Source: Squalus acanthias
Lineage: Eukaryota
Assembly: GCA_030390025.1 (NCBI GenBank)
Contig: CM059425.1
Location: 260,524,001-260,588,000 of the forward strand
DNA length: 64,000 nucleotides
Direction of reading: 5' to 3'
Numbering within the stretch: position 1 is the stretch's first letter; every line of letters starts with the position of its first letter. Under the pieces are notes generated by a model. It was not told the origin of the DNA. It ran no database searches and worked only from the letters and a program-made list of their open reading frames with translations. Positions 1-10,467 of this stretch are shown here, piece after piece. The position numbers and the translations under genes were made by a program.

Positions 1-151
1 TCCTTTAGGGAGAGGTAGTCTGACCTTTAGACCCAATTAAGCATCTTATAGAATTCGGCTATCTTTAACTTTAGTTGAAGGGGAACGTCTGGGGAATACG
101 CCTGATCTGGGGTAGAACGAAAAGGGCTAGGACTTGTAATTATCCCTTCAA

Positions 152-807
152 CCATTGACCAGAAACTTAACTGGACCAGCCACATAAATACTGTGGCAAC
201 AAGAGCAGGTCAGAGTCTAGGTATTCTGTGGTGAGTGTCTCACCTCCTGACTCCCCAAAGCCTTTCCACCATCTACAAGGCACAAGTAAGGATTGTGATG
301 GAATACTCTCCACTTGCCTGGATGAGTGCAACTCCAACAACACTCAAGAAGCTTGACACCATTCAGGACAAAGCAACCTGCTTGATTGGCACCCCATCCA
401 CCACATAAACATTCACTCCCTACACCACCAGTGTACCGTGGCTGCAGTGTGTACCATCTATAAGATGCACTGCAGCAACTCGCCAAGGCTTCTTCGACAA
501 CACCTCCCAAACCCGCGACCTCTTCCACCTAGAAGGACAAGGGCAGCAGGCGCATGGGAACACCACCACCTCCAAGTTCCCCTCCAAGTCACACACCATC
601 CTGACTTAGAAGTATATCGCCGTTCCTTCAACGTTGCTGGGTCAAACTCCTGGCACTCCCTCCCTAACAGCACTGTGGGAGTACCTTCACCACACGGACT
701 GCAGCGGATCAAGAAGGCGGCTCACCACCACCTTCTCAAGGGCAATTAGGGACGGGCAAATGCTGGCCTTGCCAGCGATGCCCACATCCCATAAACAAAA
801 AAAAAAA
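152..807 (+). mobile_element. 3' fragment of a CR1/L2-group non-LTR retrotransposon
   Basis: Degenerate RT C-terminus (SHLLTPQSLSTIYKAQVRIVMEYSPLAW) with a 3' tail ending in poly(A); second copy at 5070-6275. Confidence 0.75.
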
Positions 808-1810
808 CACTGGCAATCACTGCACAAAGGTGAACACTTGCAAAATCCAGGCTCTCCAATGACTTCCTCCATATGCTTATGGATGGAGTCACAGTACGCA
901 GGGAGGTTCTCTTCCCTTCCAAGGGCGGAAGAGACCTCCCCAGGACACCAACTTACCTTGCACCTCCACCCAACCCTCTCTATCTACTTTATCACTTCCC
1001 CATCTCACGAGCCACCCCTCACACTCACCCTCATCCTACTGCAAGCATACCAACTAACAAAACACAAAAGTAGGCACTTGAGAGGTTTAGCCAATGTCCA
1101 TGTGAAGTTTCTGTTAATGTGTTGTCATACAGTGTAATATCTTTTTCCAAAAGTGCCCCTTATTAGACATATCTGAGCATACATTGAGAAGTGTCTTACT
1201 GAGTTACAGTGATCGTTCAGTCATAACTCCCCCTCCCACCCCCACCCCTGCTATGGTGATGAGTGTGCATGGAATGGCTTGGACATTAAAGGGATGCTTC
1301 ACGGTGCTGGTGTGGGATGGTGTCAACCTGGCGCATCATGTGGCAGCCAGGGTTTACAGCGTCAAGTGAAAAAAATCTGGCCATGGTGATGCCTCCCGGC
1401 CAGCAATGTTGTCAGGGGCTGATGCCCTGTGTCCAGTGCAGCATCAGGTGATGGCAGAGAAGGTTGGTGATGAGGTTGGTGATGTTGGTGTTGGGGCTGA
1501 TCGTGGAAGGATTCAGAGGACCAAGGTCTGATTGTTTCATTGGCTCCAATGTTGCTGGAATAGATGGCAGCTGCAGGTGAGATGACAGAAGCGATCTGTC
1601 ACTGGTGAGAGAGGTTCTCCCAATGAGATGGCACTGGACATACAGTTGGATCTAAAAACTTGTAAGCTAAAAAAATCTCCAAATGTATTAAAAATGCAGT
1701 AACCAACATGTTTTGCACCCTGAAACTCACCATCTGCAACATGGCAGCCTTGACACCACTTCTGCAGCTGTCAGCTTTTCACAAACATCAGAGCAGAATC
1801 ACAACACGCC
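808..1810. mobile_element. Degenerate PIF/Harbinger relic
   Basis: LMDGVTVRREVLFPS matches the Myb-like N-terminus at 20356-20595 and is similar to the intact Myb gene at 38237. Segment ~1590-1640 resembles ~19715-19760. Confidence 0.5.
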
Positions 1811-1822
1811 AGGTTGAAACAT

Positions 1823-2225
1823 AGAATCTAGGAGCAGGAGTAGGCCATTCGGCCCGTCGAGCCTGCTCCATCATGGCTGATCATCCAAATCCAGTACCCT
1901 GTCCCTGCTTTAATCCCCACAGTACACATATCCCACCCTACCCCTGTAACCCCACGTATTTAATTCCCCCTAACATATCCCATCCTATCCCCATAACCCC
2001 ACATATTTAATCCCCCCCTAACACTAAGGGTCAATTTATCATAGCCAAATCAACCTAACCCGCACATTTTTGGACTGTGGGAGGAAACCGGAGCACCCGG
2101 AGGAAACCCACGCAGACACGGGGAGAATGTGCAAACTCCACACAGACAGTCACCCGAGGTCAGATTCAAACCCGGGTCCTTGGCGCTGTGAGGCACCAGT
2201 GCTAACCACTAAGCCACCGTGTTGA
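1823..2225 (-). mobile_element. tRNA-derived V-SINE (HE1-like) with CR1-type 3' tail
   Basis: Minus-strand A-box TGGCTTAGTGG and B-box-like GGTTTGAATC, V-domain GTGGAGTTTGCACATTCTCCCCGTGTCTGCGTGGGTTTCCTCCGGGTGCTCCGGTTTCCTCCCAC, and a tail shared with local CR1 ends. Confidence 0.8.
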
Positions 2226-2832
2226 GCTGGCCTGTTCCCTGAACAGCAGGTAACCCGTGGGGGAGAAGGTAAAATTACAAGTAAGCCTCAAAATACTCTT
2301 AAATTGGATCTTAACAAGCCATTTAAGTGGATGAAGTGTATCCCCCGCCGCTTGGTGTCGGGTCAGTTCTGTGCTGACAGACCCGACACCTGGGAGACTC
2401 GCGTGGAGGCGTTTCCTACCCGCTGTCAATCTTTGCAATTTTGACAGCGGTCCCGCCTCCAAACCCGCCCCCTCAGCGCGATTAAGTTCGTGGCCAATGG
2501 GCACAACTCATTCAGCTCATCGCCCCTGCTGCTTCCACAGATCATGTACACTGTTCCCCAAGATGGACTGTGAATCAACAATCCATTGTGGAGACACACT
2601 CCTGCACTAAAATATAAGCAATCAAAAATTGTAAATTATACAAGCTATACAAGCAACAGAAAGATCGAATCAATATTCCTGGACTCCAAGCCTGTATGTT
2701 GTGGCCTTGCGGAAAGGCTGTAACCCTTCCTCCAGTATTAGACACTGAAAGAACACTCTCCTTAACCCAATTTCAGTTTTAGACACCGGATCTACTCTGC
2801 CTCAGTCTGGGGTCTAGAAGTTTAGAATTGAA

Positions 2833-2926
2833 ATAAAAACAGAAAATGCATTCAGCGGGTCAGGCAGCATCTGCGGAGAGAGAAACAGAGTTAACGTTTC
2901 AGGTCGATGACCTTTCATCAGCACTC
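2833..2926 (-). mobile_element. 94-bp Penelope-like terminal fragment with 14-bp target-site duplication
   Basis: Direct repeat AGTTTAGAATTGAA at 2819-2832 and 2927-2940; body matches the Penelope ends at 24086-24180 and 25340-25440. Confidence 0.7.
2888..2925 (-). ncRNA. Minimal hammerhead ribozyme motif in Penelope end
   Basis: CUGAUGA-A-AGGUC-AUC-GACCU-GAAA-CG-UU-AAC: intact core, 5-bp stem II and palindromic ACGU stem III; stem I is poorly preserved in this copy. Confidence 0.6.
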
Positions 2927-2964
2927 AGTTTAGAATTGAAGTTCAGTTGCAGGCAAGTCCTTAC

Positions 2965-3357
2965 CTATTACCTGTAGACGTGTTCCAGGTTTATGTTCAA
3001 ACTTTTCCCCGGGCTTGTCAAGCTCCACACGGCAGAAGTAGTTATTCGTATCATTTTTCATAAGTTTTTGTATCATTATTGAAGCATCATTTTTCCTTGG
3101 GTCTCCTGTCAGTCGATAGCGATTCTCTCCAGTTTGATCAGTCACATTCTGATTTATGCAATTCTGCTGTGGGTCGACAGTTATACATTTAAAAATAGGC
3201 GGTCCATTAAAATGCTCATGTATCCTCCAGGTGACATTGATTTTCCCGTTATAGTCAGTGTGGGGGTGCGTGAACTTGCAGGACAAGATGACAGACTCTC
3301 CTTCCCGACCGGTCACTTTCCGTGGGACTGACATTGACCATTGACTCTGACTGCTGC
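2965..3357 (-). CDS. SIGLEC15: V-set Ig domain exon of a Siglec-15-like gene
   Basis: Acceptor ccctgtcccacag|gc at 3358/3357 and donor ATAG|gtaag at 2965/2964 define a 393-nt phase 1-1 exon. Translation WSMSVPRKV..G..VILSCKFTHPH..YNG....WR..E...GP.IFKC........C...RYRLTGDPRKNDAS....L...D...YFCRVE closely follows the recalled human Siglec-15 V domain (WSMQVPPEV...LPCTFTHPH..YDG...WR..E..AGPQVFRC...C...RFRLLGNPRRNDLS...YFCRVE), including the sialic-acid-binding Arg in FCRVE. Orthologue versus paralogue is not resolved. Confidence 0.88.
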
Positions 3358-3446
3358 CTGTGGGACAGGGATAGTATGTTAGTCTTGTACACAAAGCTCT
3401 TGTGACGCAACGGTTCAAGAAGAAGGCTCAGCACCACCATCTCAAT

Positions 3447-4520
3447 AAGAACATAAGAACCTAAGAATTAGGAGCAGGAGTCGGCCATACAGCCCCTTGA
3501 ACCTGCTCCGCCATTCAATAAGATCTTGGCTGATCTTCGACCTCAACTCCACTTTCCCGCCCGATCTCCATATCCCTAGATTCCCCTAGAGTCCAAAAAT
3601 CTATCGATCTCAGCCTTGAATATACTCAACGACTCAGCATCCACAGCCCTCTGGGGCAGAGAATTCCAAAGATTCGCAACCCTCTGAGTGAAGAAATTCC
3701 TCATCATCTCAGTCTTAAATTGCCTACCCCTTATCCTGAGACTATGCCCCCTAGTTCTAGACTCTCCAGCCAGGGGAAACAATCTCTCAGCATCTACGCT
3801 GTCAATCCCCCTCAGAATCTTAAATGTTTCAATGAGATCACCTCTCATTCTTCTAAACTCCAGAGAGGAGAGACCCAATCTACTCAATCTCTCCTGATAA
3901 GACAACCCTCTCATCCCAGGGATCAATCTAGTGAACCTTCATTGCACCGCCTCTAAGGCAAGTATATCCTTCCTTAAATAAGGAGACCAAAACTGTGCAC
4001 AGTACTCCGGAGGTGTGGTCTCACCAGAGCCCTGTACAATTGTAGCAGGACTTCCTTACTCTTGTACTCCAACCCTCTTGCAATAAAGGTCAACATGCCA
4101 TTTGCCTTCCTAATTGCTTGCTGTACCTGCACGCTAACCTTCTGTGTTTCCTGTATGAGGACACCTAAATCTCTCTGAACACCAACATTTAATAGTTTCT
4201 CACCATTTAAAAAATATTCTGTTTTTCTATTCTTCCTACAAAGTGAATAACCTCACATTTTCCCACATTATACTCCATCTGCCACCTTATTGCCCACTCA
4301 CTTAACCTGTCTAGGTCCCTTTGCAGGCTCTTTGCGTCCTCCTCACATCTTACTATTCCATCTAGCTTTGTATCGTCAGCAAACTTGCATACAATGCACT
4401 CGGTCCCTTCATCTAAGTCATTAATATAGATTGTAAATAACCGAGGCCCCAGCACTGATCCTTGCGGCACCCCACTAGATACAGCCTGCCAACCTGAAAA
4501 TGACCCGTTTATCCCAACTC
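3447..4520 (-). mobile_element. CR1 (HER1-like) LINE 3' fragment
   Basis: PQGSVLGP...FADDTKL RT motifs, RRMRGDLIE...NSLP C-terminus, (TTCTTATG)n-type tail. Confidence 0.88.
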
Positions 4521-4539
4521 AAGGGCAACTCGGAATGTG

Positions 4540-5034
4540 TAATAAAGTGCCAGCGATGACCACATCCTGTGAATGAATACACAATTACAATAAAGCAAAT
4601 ACAGAGCCACAGATATCACAATATCACTGTTTCTGCCTGTGTTGAGTTGCTCCCAGCTCCGCTCTCGTTCAGCTCTCGCTCAGGTCCGCTCCTTTTCCCT
4701 CAACTAACATCACTAAAAAAAAACAGGTTACCTGGACAGTATCACATTGCTGTGTGTGGGAGCTTGCTGTGCACAGATTGCCTTTCACGTTTCCTTCATT
4801 ACAACAGAGACTCCACTTCGAAAGTACTTTATTGACTGTAAAGCACTTTGGGACGTCCTGATGTCGTGAAAGTTGCTATAGAAATGCAAGTTCTTTCTAC
4901 CGTTATTTATCATTTGAAAAGTAAGTGTGTTCGGTCTAGACTGTCAGGTCTCACAGTTTTATTGTGATATCTGTGGCTCTGTATTTGCTTTATTGTATTC
5001 ATTCATGGGATGTGGTCATCGCTGGCATTTTATT
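4540..5034. repeat. ~80-90 bp inverted repeat pair (4540-4629 and 4955-5034)
   Basis: aataaagtgccagcgatgaccacatcc...caataaagcaaatacagagccacagatatcacaata is the reverse complement of tattgtgatatctgtggctctgtatttgctttattg...ggatgtggtcatcgctggcatttttatt. Confidence 0.85.
4710..4900 (+). mobile_element. Deu-domain SINE (SacSINE1-like) 3' part
   Basis: cacattgctgtgtgtgggagcttgctgtgcac...aaagcactttggg...ctatagaaatgcaag, matching copies at 21826-22135, 22263-22405 and 19553-19712. Confidence 0.65.
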
Positions 5035-5069
5035 ACCCATCCCTAGTATTTGAATATAGTCTAAATATT

Positions 5070-6275
5070 GTAAGGAGCTGAATTCCAGAAGTGAGGTGAG
5101 AGTGACTGCCCTTGACATCAAGGCAGCATTTGACCGAGTGTGGCATTAAGGGCCCCTAGTAAAACTGAAGTCAATGGGAATCAGGGGGAAAACGCTCCAC
5201 TGGCTGGAGTCATACCTAGCACAAAGGAAGATGGTTGTGGTGGTTGAAGGTCAATCATCACAGCTCCAGGACATCGCTGCAGGTGTTCCTCAGGGCAGTG
5301 TCCTAGGCCCAACTATCTTCAGCTGCTGCATCAATGACCTTCCCTCCATCATAAGGTCAGAAATGGGGATGTTCGCTGATGACTGCATAGTGTTCAGTGC
5401 CATTCACAACTCCTCAGATAATGAAGCAGTCCATGCCCACATGCAACAAGACCTGGATGACGTTCAGGCTTAGGCTGATAAGTGGCAGGTAACATTCGCG
5501 CCACAGAAGTGCCAGGTAATTTCTATCTCCAACAAACGAAAGTCTAACCACCTCCCTTGACATTCAACGGCATTACCATCGCCGAATCCCCCACCATCAA
5601 CATCCTGGGGGGTCACCATTGACCAGAAACTTAACTGGACAAGCCACATAAATACTGTGCCAACAAGAGCAGGTCAGAGGCTAGGTATTCTGCGACTAGT
5701 GTCTCACCTCCTGACTTCCCAAAGCCTTTCCATCATCTACAAGGCACGAGTCAGGAGTGTGATGGAATACTCTCCACTTGCCTGGATGAGTGAAGCTCCA
5801 ACAACACGCAAGAAGCTCGACACCATCCAGGACAAAGCAGCCCGCTTGATTGGCACCCCATCCACCATCTTAAACATTCACTCCCTCCACCACCGGCGTA
5901 CCGTGGCAGCAGTGTGTACCATCTACAAGATGCACTGCAGCAACTCGCCAAGGCTTCTTCGGCAGCACCTCCCAAACCCGCGACCACTTCCACCTAGAAG
6001 GACAAGGGCAACAGGTGAATGGGAACAGCACCACCTCCAAGTTCCCCTCCAAGTCACACACCATCCTGACTTGGAAATATATTGCTGATCCTTCATCGTC
6101 GCTGGGTCAAAATACTGGAACTACCTCCCTAACAGCACTGTGGGAGTACTTTCACCACACGGACTGCAGCGGTTCAAGAAGGTGGCTCACCACCACCTTA
6201 TCAAGGGCAACTAGGGATGGGCAATAAATGCTGGCCTTGCCAGTGACGCCCACATCCCATAAACGAATAAAAAAA
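5070..6275 (+). mobile_element. CR1/L2-group LINE 3' fragment (RT with stops)
   Basis: [23 protein letters not shown] and FADD motifs; 3' tail as in 152-807. Confidence 0.85.
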
Positions 6276-6289
6276 CAACCACGGTTGGC

Positions 6290-9285
6290 TCAGCTGTACA
6301 GGGGGGAGGAAGAAGATCGGGAATGCAATGGTGGTAGGGGATTCAATAGTTAGGGGAACAGACAGGCGTTTCTGCAGCCACAGACATGACTCCAGGATGG
6401 TATGTTGCCTCCCTGGTGCCTGGGTCAAGGATGTCACTGAGTGGCTGCAGAACATTCTGAGGGGGGAGGGTGAACAGCCAGAGGTCGTGGTCCATATCGG
6501 TATCAATGACATAAGTAGAAAGAGGGATGAGGTCCTGCAGGCTGATTTTAGGGAGCTAGGAGAGAGATTAAAAAGCAGGACCTCAAAGGTAGTGATCTCC
6601 GGATTACTCCCAGTGCCACGTGCTAGTGAGTACAGAAATAGAAGGACAGAGCAGATGAATGCGTGGCTGGAGAGATGGTGCAGGAGGGAGGGCTTTAGAT
6701 TCCTGGGACATTGGGACCGGTTCTGTGGAGGTGGGACCTGTACAGGCCGGACGGGTTGCAACTCAACAGAACTGGGACCAATGTCCTTGCAGGGAGGATT
6801 GCTGGTGCTGTTGGGGAACATTTAAACTAATTTGGTAAGGGGATGGGCACCAGAATGTAGCAATAGCAAGAAGAAACATGGTGCACAAAAGAGTGGGAGA
6901 ACAGGCTATCCTAGATTGGGTATTGTGCAGTGAGAAGGGGTTAATTAATAATCTTGTTGTGCGAGGTCCTTTAGGGAAGAGTGACCATAACATTATAGAA
7001 TTCTTCATTAAGATGGAAAGTGAAGTAGTCCAATCCGAAACTAGGGTCCTAAATCTAAACAAAGGAAACTACGAAGGTATGAGGAGGGAGTTAGCTATGA
7101 TAGATTGGGGAGCATCATTAAAAGGCATGAAGGTGGATAGGCAATGGCTAACATTTAAGGAATGAATGCATGAATTGCAACAGTTATACATTCCTTTCTG
7201 GTGCAAAAACACAAAAGGAAAAGCAGCCCAACCATGACTAACAAAAGAAATTAAGGACAGTATTAGATCCAAAGAGGAGTCATATAAAGTTGCCAGAAAA
7301 AGTAGCAAGCCTGAGGATTGGTACCAGTTTAGAATTCAGCAAATCAGGACCAAGAGATTTATTAAGAGGGGAAAAATAGAGTATGAGAGTAAACTTGCAA
7401 GGAACATAAAAGCGGACTGTAAAAGCTTCTACATGTATGTAAAAAAAAGATTAGTGAAGACAAATGTAGGTCCCTTACAGTCAGAAATGGGGGAATTTAT
7501 AATGGGGAATAAGGAAATGACAGAGCAATTAAACAAATACTTTGGTTCTGTCTTCATGGAAGAGGACACAATAACTTCCCAGAAATGCTAGGGAACCAAG
7601 GGGGAAAATTCAGTTGGTTTGCGCCTCCCGTTAGCGCCTTAAGAGGGCGCTAATGGGGCGCAAAGCAACTAACGCCCGGGTGTGGCGCCACCCACACCTC
7701 CCGTGAAATTCAGCGGGAGGTTAGCGGTGGCGCTAACCGGTAGCGCCCTGTGGTGCTGCGCCGCCAGCGGTGGCATCATCGCCATGCGCAGCGCCCCGCT
7801 TGCGCTCCGGCCACGATCTTCGGTAGCGCCCCTTGACTTACCGCAGGACGCTATGTCCGACGGGGTCAGGGGGGCCTACCTGCGGCCGGGGCGGCGCTAG
7901 TTAAAGTGGAGGTGGAGGGCGGCCATTTTTGTTGCTGGCCGCCTGCCAGCACCTGCCCCCGTTGCTGTCCCCGGCCCCCGTGAAGCACCCCCCGCGAAGT
8001 GCCGGCTCTGCTCCAAGAGCCCGGCACTTCTCTTGAGTGCCAGGCTCTTTTGCCGGCACTCCCAATCCCCAGCTGGGCCCCGGTTCATGCTGCGCAAGGC
8101 CCCTCCCCTTTAAGAAGGGGAGGAAGGGCTGCAATACCGCGGTGCGATGTGCCGCAGCGCCACGATATTGACTCGCAGCACCCCAAGAGGGATGCGGGGC
8201 GCATCCAGTAGCGCCCCGCTTCCCTCTTGGGGCGCAACCACTTAATTTCTGGCACGGGGGCGCTAATTTTTATGGGGCGCTAAAAGTAGCGCCACGGCGA
8301 AGTTAGTGCCCCAAAGGGGGCGCGACTCAATTTTTCCCCCCAAGGGTCTAGTGAGAAGGAGGAATTAAAGGAAAATAGTATTCGTAAAAAAATAGTGCTG
8401 GAGAAATTAATGGGACTGAAAGCTGATAAATCCCCAGGGCCTGATAATCTGCATCCCAGAGTACTAAAAGAGGTAGCCATGGAAATAGTGGATGCATTGG
8501 TTGTCATCTTCCAAAATTCTATAGATTATGGAACAGTAACTGCAGATTGGAGGGTGGCAAATGTAACCCCACTATTTAAAAAAGGAGGGAGAGAGAAAAC
8601 AGGGAACGACAACCCAGTTAACCTAACATCAGTAGTTGGGAAAATGCTAGAGTCTATTCTTAAGGATGTGATAACAGGACACTTAGAAAATATCAATGGG
8701 ATTAGACAGAGTCAACATGGATTTATGAAAGGGAGTTTTTTGAGAATGTAACTGGTAGAATAGATAAGGGAGAACCAGTGGATGCGGTGTATTTGGATTT
8801 TCAGAAGGCCTTTGATAAAGTCCCACATAAGAGGTTAGTGTGCAAAATTAAAGCACATGGGATTGGGGGTAATATACTGGCATGGATTGAAAATTGATTA
8901 ACAGACAGGAAACAGAGAGTAGGAATAAATGGGTCTTTTTCGGGGTGGCAGGCGGTGAATAGTGGGGTACCGCAGGGATCCGTGCTTGGGCCACAGCTAT
9001 TCACAATCTATATCAATGAGGGAACCAAATGTAATATTTCCAAGTTTGCTGATGACACGAAACTAGGTGGGATTGTGAGTTGTGAGGAGGATGGAAAGAG
9101 GCTTCAAGGCGATTTAGACACGTTGAGTGAGTGGGCAAATACATGGCAGATGCAGTATAACATGGATAAATGTGAAGTTATCCACTTCGGTGGAATAAAC
9201 AGAAAGGCAGAGTATTATTTAAATGGTGATAGATTGGGAAATGTTGATGTACAAAGGGACCTGGGTGTCCTTGTTCACAAGTCAC
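6290..9285 (+). mobile_element. CR1 LINE with ORF1 SGNH/GDSL esterase domain and degenerate ORF2, interrupted by a MITE
   Basis: VVGDSIVRGTDRRFC..VCCLPGA..HIGINDI esterase motif, followed by [22 protein letters not shown] and FADDTKL; internal deletion and frameshifts. Confidence 0.85.
7600..8340 (-). mobile_element. Harbinger-type MITE (741 bp), TSD CAA
   Basis: caa|GGGGGAAAATT...AATTTTTCCCCC|caa; removing it restores CR1 gggaaccaagggtctag. The 7600 end is the reverse complement of the right end of the 37880-42082 element. Confidence 0.85.
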
Positions 9286-10467
9286 TGAGTCATAACGGCA
9301 CAGAAGGAGGCCATTCGGCCCGTCGAGTCCGTGCCAGCTTTCTGTAGAGCAATCCAGTCAGTCCCATTCCCCCGCTCTATCCCCATAGCCCTGCAAGTTT
9401 ATTTCCCTCAAGTGCCAATCCAGTCTCCCCTTGAAAACATTGAGTGTCTCCGCTTCCACCACTTCCGTCGGCAGCGAGTTCCAGGTCCTCACCACTCGCT
9501 GCGTAAAGTTTTTCCTCACATCCCCACTGTATCTCTTGCCCAAAACCTTAAATCTGTGTCCCCTAGTCCTTGTACCATCAGCTAGTGGGAACAGCCTTTC
9601 CCCATCTAGCCTATCCAAACCCGTCATAATCTTGTATACCTCTATCAAATCACCCCTCAACCTCCTTTGCTCTAATGAAAACAAATCCAGATTCTCCAAC
9701 CTGTCCTTGTAGCTAAGATCCTCCATCCCCAGAACCATTCTGGTAAATCCCCTCTGCACCCGCTCAAGGGCCTTCACATCCTTCCTAAAGTGTGGTGACC
9801 AGAACTGGACACAATACTCCAGTTGTGGCCTAACCAGCACTTTATAAAGGTTCAGCATAACTTCTCTACTTTTGTACTCAATACCTCTATTTATGAAGCC
9901 CAAGAACACATATACTTTGTTAACCAATCTCTCAATATGTCCTGCCACCTTCAGGGACCTATGCACATTAACTCCCATGTCCCTCTGTCCCTGTACACTC
10001 TTTAAAACTGTGCCATTATGTGTATATTGCCTCTCCTTGTTCCTTCTGCCAAAATGCATCACCTCACACTTCTCTGTATTAAATTCCATCTTCCACTTGT
10101 CTGCCCATTCTGCTAGCCTTTCTATGTCCTGTTACAATCGATTGGTATCATCTCTGTTTGCCACACCCCCAAGTTTGGTGTAATCGGCAAATTTAGAAAT
10201 TCTACTCTGTATTCCAATATCCAGGTCATTTATATATATCAAAAAAAGCTGTGGCCCCAGCACTGACCCTTGGGGAACACCACTGTCTACCATCCTCCAG
10301 TCTGAAAAACAGCCATTTACCACAACTCACTGTTTTCTGTCCTTAAGCCAATTCCTTATCTAAGCTGCCACTGACCCACCTATACATGAGCCTCAATTTT
10401 GTTAACCAGCCTTCTATGTGGTACTTTGTCAAACGCCTTCCGAAAATCCATGTAGACAACATCCATT

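Noticed and set aside
2150-2225. tRNA gene
   Set aside because: It is the tRNA-derived head of a V-SINE and continues directly into the V domain.
2575-2744. Possible phase-1 exon (tctttcag|TG TCT AAT...) open for about 57 codons
   Set aside because: No recognisable Ig, transmembrane or signalling motif; compatible with chance.
2930-3418. 162-aa ORF as a complete single-exon gene
   Set aside because: Both ends are intronic read-through; splice sites delimit 2965-3357.
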